A DNA stretch of 64,000 nt from Octopus vulgaris. Its lineage: Eukaryota. The notes beneath the pieces were generated by a model. It saw nothing but the letters and a program-made list of their open reading frames with translations. It was not told the DNA's origin and did no database searches. The stretch's first letter is position 1, and every line of letters begins with the position of its first letter. The DNA is taken from contig OX597814.1 of assembly GCA_951406725.2 (NCBI GenBank), positions 152,706,001 through 152,770,000 on the forward strand, given 5' to 3'. Below are positions 1 through 13,173 of this stretch, one piece after another. The position numbers and the translations under genes were made by a program.

Positions 1-793
1 GTGTCTTGCTCAAGAACACAACACACAGCCTGGTTCGGGAACTGAACTCACTACCTCGTGATTGCGAGCCTGATGTTCTAACCACTGAGCCATGAGCAAG
101 TATGTATAAGACTACATTATCTAATGTTTCCTTTCTTCAATTAAGACAGCAGGATGTGAATTAAGGGAGATTAGGTGGCTATTTCTAGTAGATCATGTGA
201 CCACACTGATGCTCTTTTGTCGACTTGTAATAGCAAGAGTATTCCAGTGAAGAGCAATGATCACAGTTATTAGCTTTGAAAGACATAATGATGGTACAAT
301 GCCACAAAACTACTATAATTAATGGGATATGTGATGCATTTGCCATTGTGAGTGATGTAGTCAACAGAGATAGAAGAAAGTAGATAATAATACATTACTA
401 AAATACAATATTTAAAGTTTTTTTATATATGAAAAAAAAAGGCTTTATTAAATACATGTATCAAAATAACATTTCACAGATTCAGGTGAGGCGTTCATGA
501 ACATGAATTAAACAAATATTGAAGATGGATGATAAACGACAGATAGAAAATAACAGATGATAGTAGTAATTTTCTAAAATGTGGCTGAGGGTCAGGTAGT
601 GGATTGGATGATTCAATAAAACATCAGATAAAATGTCTGAAATATTAAGACACAGACTGTTTACATTCTGAGTTCAAGTCCTATTGAGGTTTACTTGCTG
701 TTTCATTCCTTCCAGGGAAGAAATATAAAGCATTCTACTCATGAATGGAATTATAATTGCAGACTAACATTTTTATGCATGAATATACCGGCA

Positions 794-1290
794 AAAATTT
801 AGTCATCACTAATTGTGACTGTATGTGCTACAAGCACATATATTGCAAGAAACAGCAGTTAAACCACTTCCTCATCATCGTTTAACGTCCGTTTTCCGCG
901 CTAGCAAGGGTTGGACAGTTCGACCGGGGTCTGGGAAGCCAGGGGCTGCACCAGGCTCCAGTCTGATCTGGCAGTGTTTCTACAGCTGGATGCCCTTCCT
1001 AACACCAACCACTCCGCGAGTGTAGTGGGTGCTTTTTACGTGCCACCGGCAAAGCATATTTATACATATGCTGACAAGGTTGATAACAGTCCCATGAGTG
1101 AAGCGAAGCTTGAACACTGAACTGCACAATTTCATCCCGAAAGGGTACTGTCAACAGTGTCCTTCATCAATTTGATACAGCAAATTCCCTATATTAATGT
1201 CCTTTTTCGCAGCTATAAGTGGTTTGACTGCTATTTCTAGCAATATATGTTTGTAGCACATACAGTCACAATAAGTGATGACTAAATTTT
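794..1290. mobile_element. MITE-like fold-back with ~75-bp inverted arms (794-869, 1217-1290), interrupted by an RTE-tail fragment (~871-1052)
   Basis: aaaatttagtcatcact...aaaccactt is the reverse complement of aagtggttt...gatgactaaatttt with a few mismatches. Confidence 0.7.
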
Positions 1291-2615
1291 ACCCATACAG
1301 TTTACAATGTACCCAGCTACCTACATTAATTTTATATATGAATGAGTGTTGGGGGGTGGTGTACATGAGTGTATTTGGGATGCAGGGGCTCAGATAAATG
1401 TAGTACCTTTGCTACTTGTCAGCTACACTTTGCTAAGGATGGTCAGGTAGATGGGCATCACTGGTCCTCATTCAGCTCCTAATTTCTTACTTGAGGGCTC
1501 CTAGCGCCACTTCAACTGATGGGCTAAACCAAGTAAGGGGATGATGTTAACACTGCACCAATAATCGAAAGATATTTGGTAAAGTTTCCCACAGAGTCAT
1601 CAGCTAGGATGTTGGAACCTGCTCAGGTCAATGAGCTAGTGTTTAGGATCAAGGCATATCATAAGTAGAGGCATGCAGTTCTGGCTAATAGCTTTGAGGG
1701 GAATGGGTGCTGCCAAGCTAACTTACATGTGATATGTTTAGGATGATGGTAACCAAACCAGAACCCATACCACATTGGTTGTCACCAAGGTTAACATCAA
1801 AGTGTTGACAGGTTTCAATTTTATCAACTCACAGACTGAGAGAAGTAGCAAAATCTGGTTGTGACATCATCAATGAATACCTGAATACATGGTCAATGAA
1901 TACATGGTCAAGTGATAAGAAGAATGGAATGAGGTATTTTAGTGTATGTATGCATATATATGCATGTAGATATGTATAAATGTACAAATACACTCTCCTG
2001 GGTCTGGTCTTGTCATGTTCCATAGATCCAGGAGAGCATCACCATCTGGAACTTTACTCCTTGTAAAGACACCCTAGGTGGGCAAGTCTCCTGGGGAGGT
2101 TCCAGACTAACAGTCACCTACAGCATGTTGGCCCATTACCAAGATGGCAGTCCCATCATCTGACTATTCTGCAGAGGACCAACAACCCACCCAGAAGAAC
2201 TTTCAACCTGTTGCAACACTGACCAGAAGAAACCAGACTGCCCGACATTGGTACAGATGCCTGCATGCCCCCAGACAATGAAAACTTACACTACAAAATT
2301 CATGTTGCTACATGGAAACAGTATGTATAAATGTATATGTTTATATTTGTAAAGCCTCTATTTAGCATCAACTTTTGCAACCCTAACCCCTCTCATCTTC
2401 CTGGAAATCACTTTTCAGCTTTCACTCATCTCCCCACTCACTTCAATCATTTCATCTTTCTGTCAATCATACCTCTCCGTCCTTTGTCTCCCCACCATCT
2501 ATGAAGCTTGTAGTCTATGAATGGCTGCACTTCATATCATTTCCTTTAGTCTATCTCCCCATTTCTTTCCCTACACTTACCTCTCTCTCTCTCTCTTTCT
2601 CTCTGTCTATGTATG

Positions 2616-2664
<49 letters not shown>

Positions 2665-2913
2665 CAAAGTGAGATAACAACGCCAAAGCTATGAGGAGTT
2701 TTCAGGACATTTATAAGGGAAAAGATATTGATACAGTCCTACAGCTGTTTGTGGGATATTATGGCTATCCCTTCATCCGAGACGATGTGAGATGGTTAAA
2801 TAGAGGTAAATATTTGAGTTTGATACATATAAAAGATGAAAAAGAAAATGGACATTGGGGAGTTAATTGTTTATTATTAACAACAAATCAATCATCCCTT
2901 ACAGCTGTTTCAG

Positions 2914-2956
<43 letters not shown>

Positions 2957-5619
2957 CGTGTGTGCGTGCATGTTTTATCCTTAGGTTCAAGTAATATAAT
3001 AGATGAATTTGATAAAAAGAGGTAATCGTCTAATATATCATCCTTTATCCAAAACAACAGGTAGCCAGCAAATAAGGTGAAAGTCAAGTCAATGAACTTT
3101 AAACAGATAAATATATCACTGAAATATTTAGAAATGCAAAATCAGAAACATTATATGTAAATTCACAGACAAATAATAAAATCAAACTACTGAAGGATGA
3201 ATTCTGGAATCATGTAATAGATTGACATCTCATTCATTCAAGACCTACTTTTCTCAACAGGGTTAAGAACTTAGCTATTCAAGTATAGTGCTCACTATAT
3301 TTAGTGTGTTAACAGTTACTTTACTAATTATTTTCAATGCTGATGTCATCCCTGAGTAATTTTTTTCATTCGTTATGATATGTTTTAAAACCTGTTTGTG
3401 TGTACTACTGTTCATACAAATAGTTCTTATAATACAGATCTTATATTACAAGTAGTTCTTATAATACAGATCTGGCAAGTACAATAAAAGGCCTACTGAA
3501 ATGTTTGCTAACATATCTTATGTCATCACTATGATAGCCAAAGGTTAGTATTAACCTTTGTTAGATTATTTTAACACCAGTCCCCAAATACATGCATATT
3601 TTGAATTTTAATTAATTGAAATTTGAGTCTTAAATACCTATTTTACTGTTTTGATATTTGGAGTTGTCACACCTAACTCTCTTGGCACATGTAAGAACAA
3701 ATTCAATATTTTCCTTCTTCATTAACTAAAGTTTATTTGCTCAGCATATAAAAATTTATGAGAGGTTATTTTACTATAAATATTCTAGTTAATATTGTAT
3801 GAAGAAAGCATTGAAAATCTAACTAGAAATAATCAGAATAGGGGTGGTGTGGTGAGAAATATTAGTCAATGACCAATATACTTTTACTTTTCTTGCATGT
3901 ATGGGAGACAATTTTAGACATGTTTTGTTTGTTTTTTTTTAACTTGTCAGAGAGCTTAGGCTTCATTGTATCTGCCAAAATAGTGATGAGAGAATCCTTA
4001 GATGTATGTACATAATCATATAGCACAATAAAACAATTGTTTAAAGAAAGAATAATCCAAAAATACTTGAAAAACAATAGCTAAGTTATTGTTAGCTTAT
4101 TTAATAAAGGGAACATTAAGAAAGTAACTAGAAATAATTGTGCAAGGAGGTAAAAACACATCAAATCAATGTCTAATATCATATCCATGCTCTTAGCAAG
4201 TAAGGAAGATAACAGCTGTAAAATACACTGAAGCACTTGGATAGTTTCAGTAATGCAGGAATACCAACCAGTGAAGAACAGAAATTTAAATAGTTTTTTT
4301 GGGGGGTGGGAGTTGCCTTTTTATTTAAAAAAATAATTATCGAAACTAAACAATAACCTTTTGTTAACCAAGTTATGCATTTATTTTTTGGTTTTTAGAC
4401 TAAGTGGAAGGAGGACATTCCATGGCTCTATGGAAGAAGGTAATATAGTTGAGGTTAATAAGATTACTGTTTACTTTCAATTGTGTTAGGTTAATTGATA
4501 TAAGAAAATAGTTATCATGAAAGAGTTCCAGAATGATGCAATTCACAGATGCAATTCTAGGATGCCATTCAAGGATGCAATTTTAGGCAAAGTATTTTGC
4601 GTGATTCAGGCACAAAAGAAAATAGTATAACAGTCAAAAACAGAACTGAGTATGACATTGGCATTTAATAAAGGAGATAGGGAGACAGAATAAACAAATG
4701 CAGAAAAATTGAATGCATACATTAAAATAATAAATACAAGTGAATTAAAAATAAGTATTATTTTATCAACTTTTACTTTTTGTTATTCTTTCGATAGCAA
4801 CAATGAGTCCTTGATTTATCAGGTTTAAACCTCAGTTCCAATTCCAAATTAAAACCATTTCATTTACCCTTAGATGTTAGTTGAGATATACACATTTTCT
4901 TCAGTGCTAACCTCCTCATCTTCGACTAGTTAATTGTTCATTAAATATAATCTATTATAATCCTATCTGGTTCTTTTACATTAGGCTATGGACAGTGAAA
5001 ATCCCCATTATACTACCGAAATGCACTTAAAGTAAGGGGTGTTGTTACAGAGATTGAGATTATATGTTTATTTATCATATTTCTCTCAGATCTATGAACT
5101 ACAATAAAGCAAGGATAAGCCTATTGGTTTATATTTTTCTTTGAGAACCAATTATCCAACAATGCTAATCATCATAGGTGGATTAACAAAAAAAATGTAA
5201 ATTCAATTTATCCTTCTCAGATAATGATGTATTATTACATGGAAAAATGCAAGCAAGAGAAATAATATTCTTAAGATTATAAACTTAGAAAAGTACAGGA
5301 CTAGTTATTACATTTGGAAAAGTTCAGGACAAGTTATTACATCTGGTAAAGTACAGAACATGAAAATTTTTACTTAAAATATTGCAGCTTTATCTCTTTA
5401 TCTCCCCCACTCCCACTTTCCTTTTTTTCTCTCATCATTTCTTTAATTCATTTCCTCTCCCCTTTCACCGTTTGATAGGTTACTTGTCTTTTTATTTGTT
5501 TTTTATTTGTTTCTTTCGTTGTTCGCAAAAAGCTTCGTATTCCATGTTTTTGTATTTCGTATTTCATGTTGTTTTTGTTTTATGATGTCCTGTACCCATA
5601 TATGCATATTTATATACTA

Positions 5620-6545
5620 GGTGCAGGAGTGGCTGTGGTAAGTAGCTTGCTTAACAACCACATGGGTCCAGGTTCAGTCCCACTGCGTGCCACCTTGGCA
5701 AGTGTCTTCTACTATAGCCTCAGGCCGACCAAAGCCTTATGAGTGGATCTGGTAGATGGAAACTGAAAGAAGCCTGTTGTATGTATATATATCATCATCA
5801 TCATCGTTTAGCGTCCGTTTTCCATGCTAGCATGGGTTGGACGGTTCAACTGGAGTCTGTGAAGCCAGAAGGCTTCATCAGGCCTAGTCAGATCTGGCAG
5901 TGTTTCTACGGCTGGATGCCCTTCCTAACGCCAACCACTCCGTGAGTGTAGTGGGTGCTTTTTACGTGCCACCCGCACAGGTGCCAGACAGAGCTGGCAA
6001 ACGACCACGAACGGATGATGCTTTTTATGTGCCACCGGCATGGGGGCCAGGCGAGGCTGGCAACGGACACGAATGGATGGTGCTTTTTACGTGCCACCGG
6101 CACGAGGCCAGTCGGGGCAGCACTGGCAACGGTCATGAACGGATGGTTCTCTTACATGCCACCGGCACTGGTAACACATCTGCAATTTCCATTGATCGAT
6201 TTCGATTCTGATCCTCACTTGCCTCAACAGGTCTTCACAAGTAGAGTTTTGTGTCCCAGGAAGGGAAGGTATGCATACGTAGGCTGGCTCCATCCCATGT
6301 AGAAGGCCACGTATATATGTATATGTATGTATATGTGTGGGTCTGTATTTGTTCCCCCAACATTGCTTGACAACTGATGCTGGTGTGTTTACGTCCCTGT
6401 AACTTAGCTGTTCGGCAAAAGAGACCAATGGAATAAGTACTAGGCTTACAAAGAATAAGAACTGGGGTCGATTTGCTTGACTAAAGGTGGTGCTCCAGCA
6501 TGGCTGCAGTCAAATAACTGAAATAAGTAAAAAAGAGTAAGAGTA
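5620..6545 (+). mobile_element. tRNA-headed SINE (family A) with an RTE-tail element nested in its central microsatellite (~5791-6310)
   Basis: Head ggtgcaggagtggctgtggtaag with B-box-like ggttcagtcc and tail ...gaaataagtaaaaaagagta. The same head and tail recur many times in the window. Confidence 0.85.
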
Positions 6546-6671
6546 TATATATGCATGTACATATATGTATGTATACATGCATATATATACATATATACAC
6601 ATGCATATATATATATCCACACACATACATATATATACATATACCCCCACATACACACACATATATATATA

Positions 6672-6713
<42 letters not shown>

Positions 6714-8031
6714 TATATACACACATATATATAACAGATGTATTAGTTTAACACTCGGGAAGTGAGAAAGTCTTTTATGTTTTGAGCCTACGCTCTTCAA
6801 CAGAAAGGAACACAGAAATAAACAGGGAGAGAAAATAGACAAGGTTTAGTGGCTAGCAATCTATCATTATATACATGTATACACGTTATTAAAAATCTCT
6901 GATGGATAAAAATAACTAAAAACAGATTAGAGATTTATAAAAAAAATTTACTGTTATTAATAAATAATGAGGAAAATATATTGAGAATGCATGTTCAGAT
7001 TTTCCCAAAATCTAAAGGTCATTCAACTTAAAATAATAAAATGGAACAATTCAAACATTAAAGTTTCTATTGTATAATTTTATTGTTTTCTAAACAAGCT
7101 ATTGTCATGATCTTAAAAGAAATTTCAAGAGATTGTTGAGTAATGTTTTTACTGCTTACAATGTTTATAGTGTTTACAAGATCTAAGTAATATTTCAAAT
7201 CTCAGAAATAAATCATCATTTAACTGCCAAGTTCATCCTGACATACAGTCTTTTTTTTAGGGATGTAGGACTATATTATTTATTATGTCCTTTTCCTTAT
7301 CTATGACAACAAGCAGGATGTGATTTAAGAGAGATTTGGTTGCTATTTTTAGCAACTTGAGTGACGCTGTAGACATCCCTTTGTTAAGTTGTTTTAATGA
7401 ACTTCGTAGACAAGTCAATGAAGTAATAAAATATGTGTAACAATGAAATATGAGCTTAGTATGACATTGAACTGGAGACTGTTGTAAAATTTAACAACGT
7501 GATAGTAAATATGACCATCACTTAAAGAATATGTAACTAAACTGAAAAATAAACAAATTTTTTTAAGCTATGAAAATAGTTTTATGCTCACAATTTCTCT
7601 CATAATGATTTCTAACATTAGCACATGATTTCAAAATTAGGCAGAAGGAAAATAGCTTATTTAATCAACCCTAATCTATTTTTAAAAAAAAGACCTATGA
7701 GGCCACTCAATTTGCCAGAAATAGCAACTAAATCTCTCTCAAATTACATCTTACTGTCTTTAAAAAACAAGGACATGTTAGATTACTAAGTCAACTAGAA
7801 ATAGCAACTAAATTTCACTCAAATGACATCTTACTGTCTTCTAAAAAAAAAAGACAGATTGGATAATATGGTCCTTGGTGCACCGCATTCAGAATAAGAT
7901 ATGATAATCACAACTTGAATGCCTTTGAATGGAGATATGTATATATAGATTCAGATGAATATGGTACTTAAGTTGAGGCACCAGAATTTAGTACAGTATT
8001 ATCCATGCAATTTCAAAGTAAGGTGATTAAA

Positions 8032-8375
8032 ATCAAAATAAGCAACAAGAATATCCATAAGTAATGCAGTACGATCGTTTCATGCAACTCCATTTAATTG
8101 AACAATGCAATCATTACATCAATTTAAAATGCAGAGAAATCTTCAGCTGCACAGAGACACAGAATTTAATTAGATTAGAACAGATCTCCAAGATTTTAGG
8201 TATAATTATACTAATGTGTCCATCTGTTCTAATTTAATTAAATTCTATGTCTCTGAGCAGCTGAAGATTGCTCTACATTTTAAATTGATGTAATGATTGC
8301 ATTGTTCAATTAAATGGAGTTGCATGAAACGATCACACTGCATTACTTCTGGATATTCTTGTTGCTTATTTTGAT
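8032..8375. repeat. Long inverted repeat / fold-back: 154-bp arms (8032-8185, 8222-8375), 36-nt spacer
   Basis: The arms align without gaps, about 8 mismatches by manual count. Confidence 0.95.
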
Positions 8376-8809
8376 ATATATATAAATATAAATTAACTTA
8401 TAAGTGTCAGTATTCTACAGAAAATAGAGGAAAGAATGCTGGAAGGCTGTGAAAATAGCTTAGAAAATGGAGTAAATACTCTGTAGAAGAGAAAAAATGT
8501 GGCCACCAAGCCTCCACATGAAATTGAACCCTGTACCTCTCAAAATCTAGCTGTGTGCTCAGTACCATTAAGCTAAGAGACCCCTGACAACAAATACTGT
8601 CATTTTATAATATATATAAATTTTTCTGCAAGGAGGAAATAAATCATGAAATGTGAGAGGTGAAGATAGATTTATTTTTCCATATGACTTCCATATGATT
8701 ACAACTGTTTTGTAACCTTCATCATGTAGTATTATTAATTTTAGTATGCAAAATTATAAATGCGTGGTTACATCAATATGTATGCCCAGCATTATACAAT
8801 ACAATTGTA

Positions 8810-9030
8810 TACTCTTTTACTTGTTTCAGTCATTTGACTGTGGCCATGCTGGAGCACCGCCTTCAGTCAAGCAAATCGACCCTAGGACTTAGTCTTTGTA
8901 AGCCTAGTACTTATTCTATTGGTCTCTTTTGCCAAACTGCTAAGTTACTGGGACGTAAACACACCAGCATCAGTTGTCAAGCGATGTTGGGGGGACAAAC
9001 ACAGACACACAAACATATACACACACGTAC

Positions 9031-9079
<49 letters not shown>

Positions 9080-9255
9080 CATATACATATATACGACGGG
9101 CTTCTTTCAGTTTCCGCCTACCAAATCCACTCATAAGGCTTTGGTCTGCCCAAGGCTATAATAGAAGACACTTGCCCAAGGTGCCACGCAGTGGGACTGA
9201 ACCGGAACCATCTGGCTGGTAAGCAAACTACTTACCACACAGCCACTTCTATGCC
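8810..9255 (-). mobile_element. Family A SINE, full length (other minus copies ~32122-32519, ~45776-46170, ~51087-51440, ~58556-59002; partial ~21895-22197, ~30725-30875, ~35310-35525, ~55850-55995)
   Basis: Reverse complement of the head and tail seen at 5620-6545, with a central TA/CA microsatellite. Confidence 0.85.
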
Positions 9256-10063
9256 TATATATATTTACAAATTGATGTAAAGAAAGAAAGCCAACTCATC
9301 AGATCACTGAAACATCACATAATAATATGAGATTTCATTGATGTGTTTGTTTTGCTTATTTTTAGAATGACATTGTAGGATAGGTGTGAGAGGCTGAATC
9401 CAACCAGTTTGTGCATAAAACAAGTTGAATATTTTAACTGGATACGGCAGGATTAAATGCTAAAGGGTTAAGTCAGTATCATTATCCAGTAAGTTTCACT
9501 GTCTAATGAAATTTGTAGTTTTCAAACATTGACAATACATAAAACTTTGAAGGCTCAAATCAGTTGAAATGATAAAGCTTCAAATTTGAGACCACTTATT
9601 ATAATGACTGTAAATATTTGGTTTCAAATTTTGGCACAAGGCCAGAAATTTAGGGGGAGGGGTAAATCGATCAGATTGACCCCAGTGCTCAATTGGTACT
9701 TATTTTTAATGACCCTGCAAAAATTAAAGGCAAAGTGGACTTCAGCAGAATTTGAACATAAAGATGGACAAAATGCCACTAACCATTTTGACTGGCATTC
9801 TAACAATTCTGACAGTTTGTCGCCTTAATGGCTGTAAATATTATAAAAACATCAGCTTTATGAATTAATGTGGTGCAAAGAGGGAAACCCTTGAAGCATT
9901 TTTAAACTCATTCCAAAATATTCGAGGTCATTCTTATCAGTATGTTTTTCTTTCTCTCATTTATATCCAACCAGTCATTTAGCTATGCCATCACATAAAT
10001 TCAACATTTGATATGTCACAAAATAATTAACTGCTACACACAGTTCTATAACTGTTGAGAAGA

Positions 10064-10095
<32 letters not shown>

Positions 10096-10495
10096 GAAGA
10101 AGAATAACAACAACAGCCATGATGATGATCATCTTCATGACAACAACAACATGGGAACGATCACAACAATGATGATGATGATGATGACATCTTTTATCTA
10201 CATAAGCTTCAACTTAAGTAGATTATCCACATCCACCTATTACCTACAGTTTCGAGATATCATCTTAGTATAGTTTCTCTAGGCTAAGGTTAATCACTTA
10301 TAGGCTTACTTGTGGAAAACAAGGGTTAGAAAATACTTCAAAGTATGAGTGAGACCCACAATTGAGTGTTGCACTCACATCTGTGACTGTGTTGCCTCTA
10401 CTCACAGATACATACTAAACTATATCCAAGAAAGATATTCAACTGATTGACATGAAAGCAGTTGGAGTGTTAGCATGACTGTACTAACATACTGT

Positions 10496-10815
10496 GAAGG
10501 CATATGGTTCAGTGGTTAGGGGCATTCGGCTTATGATCGTAAGGTTGTGAGTTCAATTCCCGGCAGCTCATTGTGTCCTTGAGCAAGATACTTTATTTCA
10601 TGTTGCTCCAGTCCACTCAGCTAGCAAAAATAAGTAGTACCTGTATTTCAAGGGGCCAACCTTGTCACACTCTGTGTCACGCTGAATCTCCCTGAGAACT
10701 ACGTTAAGAGTACACATGTTTGTGGAGTGCTCAGCCACTTACACGTTAATTTCATGAGCAAGCTGTTCCGTTAATCATATCAGCTGGGACCTTCATCGTC
10801 ACAGCCGACAGTGCT
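10496..10815 (+). mobile_element. tRNA-derived SINE family C (related copies ~1-97, ~38850-39047, ~51691-51980, ~53980-54313, ~54620-54770, ~55371-55690, ~59150-59440)
   Basis: A-box tggttcagtggttag and B-box gagttcaattcc, followed by a recurrent body gtgtccttgagcaagatactttatttcatgttgctccagtccactcagct. Confidence 0.8.
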
Positions 10816-11487
10816 CCTTTTTTTTTTTACTAACATACTCCAGCCTCATCTTCATGAAGCACTACCCTCTCCACCCTTTATTTTCTTTTATTTCTACTAC
10901 AGTAGCATCTACTTCCTGGAGCTGGCTAGACTTGTATCACCACCACTCATGCATTTCTAACTCAGATGGCAAGTGTGGGTGTGAGGTAAGAAGTTTGCTT
11001 CCCAACCACTTGGTTCTGGGTTCAGTCTCACTGAATGACACTTTGGGCAAGTGTCTTTGATTAAAGTCCTGGGCCAACAAAAGCATTCATTGTTGGTGGG
11101 TTTGTTCAATAGAAACTGAAAGCCTACTACATGTGCATGTGTGTGTGTGTGTCCATCCCCTCACTGTCATACAAGCAGTGTTATACATTTCCAATACTCT
11201 ATGGAAACATGACTGGCTATGGAGAAATTATCTTGCTTGGGAACAGATGAGGGTTAATGACAGGAAGAGTATCTGCTTGAAGAATATCTGCCTCAATAAA
11301 CTATGTCTGCCTATGTATGCATGGAAAAGTGGACATTAAAATGATGATGATGATGATGATGATGATGGTCTTCATCATTGTCATCTCTCTGGCTCTCAAT
11401 GACATTTTCAAGGAAAGTTTCAGCATTAACGAGAACCAGTTGGCTGGTCTGTCACTGAGAATTTTCAGCCTAGGTATTAGGGATAAT

Positions 11488-11720
11488 GGTGGCGAGCTGG
11501 CAGAAACGTTAGCACGCCGGGTGAAATGCGTAGCGGTATTTCATCTGTCATTACGTTGTGAGTTCAAATTCCGCTGAGGTCAACTTTGCCTTTCATCCTT
11601 TCGGGGCCGATTAAATAAATACCAGTTATGCACTGGGATCGATGTAATTGACTTAATCCATTTGTCTGTACTTGTTTGTCCCCTCTGTGTTTAGTCCCTT
11701 GTGGGTAGTAAAGAAATAAG
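11488..11720 (+). mobile_element. tRNA-derived SINE family D (related copies ~9620-9828, ~15635-15840, ~31900-32110, ~39750-39955, ~40690-40900, ~41295-41520, ~47862-48095, ~58203-58425)
   Basis: Head ggcgagctggcagaaacgttag, B-box gagttcaaattcc, and a recurrent central motif actttgcctttcatcctttcggggtcgataaa-taagtaccag. Confidence 0.8.
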
Positions 11721-13173
11721 TATTAGGGATGATTTCCAGAAATCGCTGGCTTAGCAGTGCTGACAGACAACTTTACCAGTTCAGGAAAAACTCTTCAGGC
11801 AAGAAATTATTGTCAGTCAGGTCATTCTAAAATGCATACTGAATGGTGAAACAATTCTAAACACACAGAAAGAACTAAATTGTGCCACCATTACACTCGC
11901 CGGCCTGCCACAAGCTATCACATAATGGTGCAATAGGGAAAAAGTGACATAAATGTGCTTAGCCAAAGCTACAGGAGCTTTCCTTGTTCCAGCCAAGGAA
12001 GATTTACAAATAGTCCTGGCAGATACATTAAGTGAAATCTCCTTCAGGTGGTGGGGTTGGTGCATTTGGTTATGCATCATTTTTTAAACAATGGGTATGA
12101 AAAAAGTGCAAATCCACATTGTCTGAGACTCATCTGTTCATAAATTAGTCCCACAATATTTGAAACAAAGAAACATAAAGGTCACTGTCAAGGACATCAG
12201 TGATGATGTCAACTCTGAGCTAGCAGTCATTTTTGTGACACAATATGGCAGGTGATCAGTGCTGATAAAACTTTTGGCAGAATGTGGTCAGAAGCAGTCA
12301 CGACAGACACAGAAGTCCTCATGATCTTGCAATATCACAAAAACAATACCAGAGTTGTGTTTTGTGGAGAGTGCTGAGGGAAAGACCTTAAAAACTCAGC
12401 ATCCAAGATAGAAAACCCAGCTGCTACACAAAGCAATTACAGGCTTTTTCAGAGCTAAAAAAAAATAATAATAATAACGAGGCTCAAAAAACAAAAGCAA
12501 CAACAAGAGAACCTCATAGTTTGATGGTTCAAAGGCAGCCACCGAACACATTGTAGAGTCACCAACAACACCCACCCCCGCCCCAAAATAAAAAACCACA
12601 GAAGTATTTCTGAATTTTATTACAATATTTAAAGTCATCCTAATCATATTTATCCCCTATTCTAACACTAAACAGAGTTCATTATTCTTTTACACAAATT
12701 CTAAGCATCACCAATATGATATGTTACAAAATAATTATCTACTACTTAACATTCCTATCCTTTATCTGAATAATCTCTATCTAAAATAGATTATTCATGA
12801 TCTAAATATCACCAGAATATAGTCTGTTTTGGTCTGCTTAGTAATTACCTTCAGACTTATTTATGTAAACACACTTTCTAAACAAGAAAAGGTACTTCCA
12901 TCACTACACCCTGTTGATTCATGAATGCTCCAGACCTCACAATCTTTGATAATCTCTCATGGTGGACACATATCTATAACATAACCAAAACTGCATCACC
13001 GAACCTCAGGCATCTTTTCAGAACCAGAATCCTTTTCAGTTCTGAATAGTTACTGAACCTAAACAAGGTGCAAGTATTACCAATATTAGAATATTGCTCA
13101 TATGTCTGAAATAGTACTGTAGCTACACATCTATTTTTCTGGTTTCAAATCAGTGTGATTTGAAGGCATATGA

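Noticed and set aside
4100-4290. Minus frame with IRH*FDVFLP resembling exon 8 (VRLTVTLFFP)
   Set aside because: Multiple stops, wrong spacing to upstream motifs and no splice sites. Likely chance.
4399-4439. Plus-strand 41-nt AG/GT-bounded mini-exon (TKWKEDIPWLYGR)
   Set aside because: No partner exons or homology recognised, and such sites are frequent by chance in AT-rich introns.
5739-6842. Cluster of overlapping ORFs, with similar peptides recurring at 8834-9222, 31259-32488 and 58663-58986
   Set aside because: They are translations of multi-copy SINE/RTE-tail sequence and TA/CA repeats.
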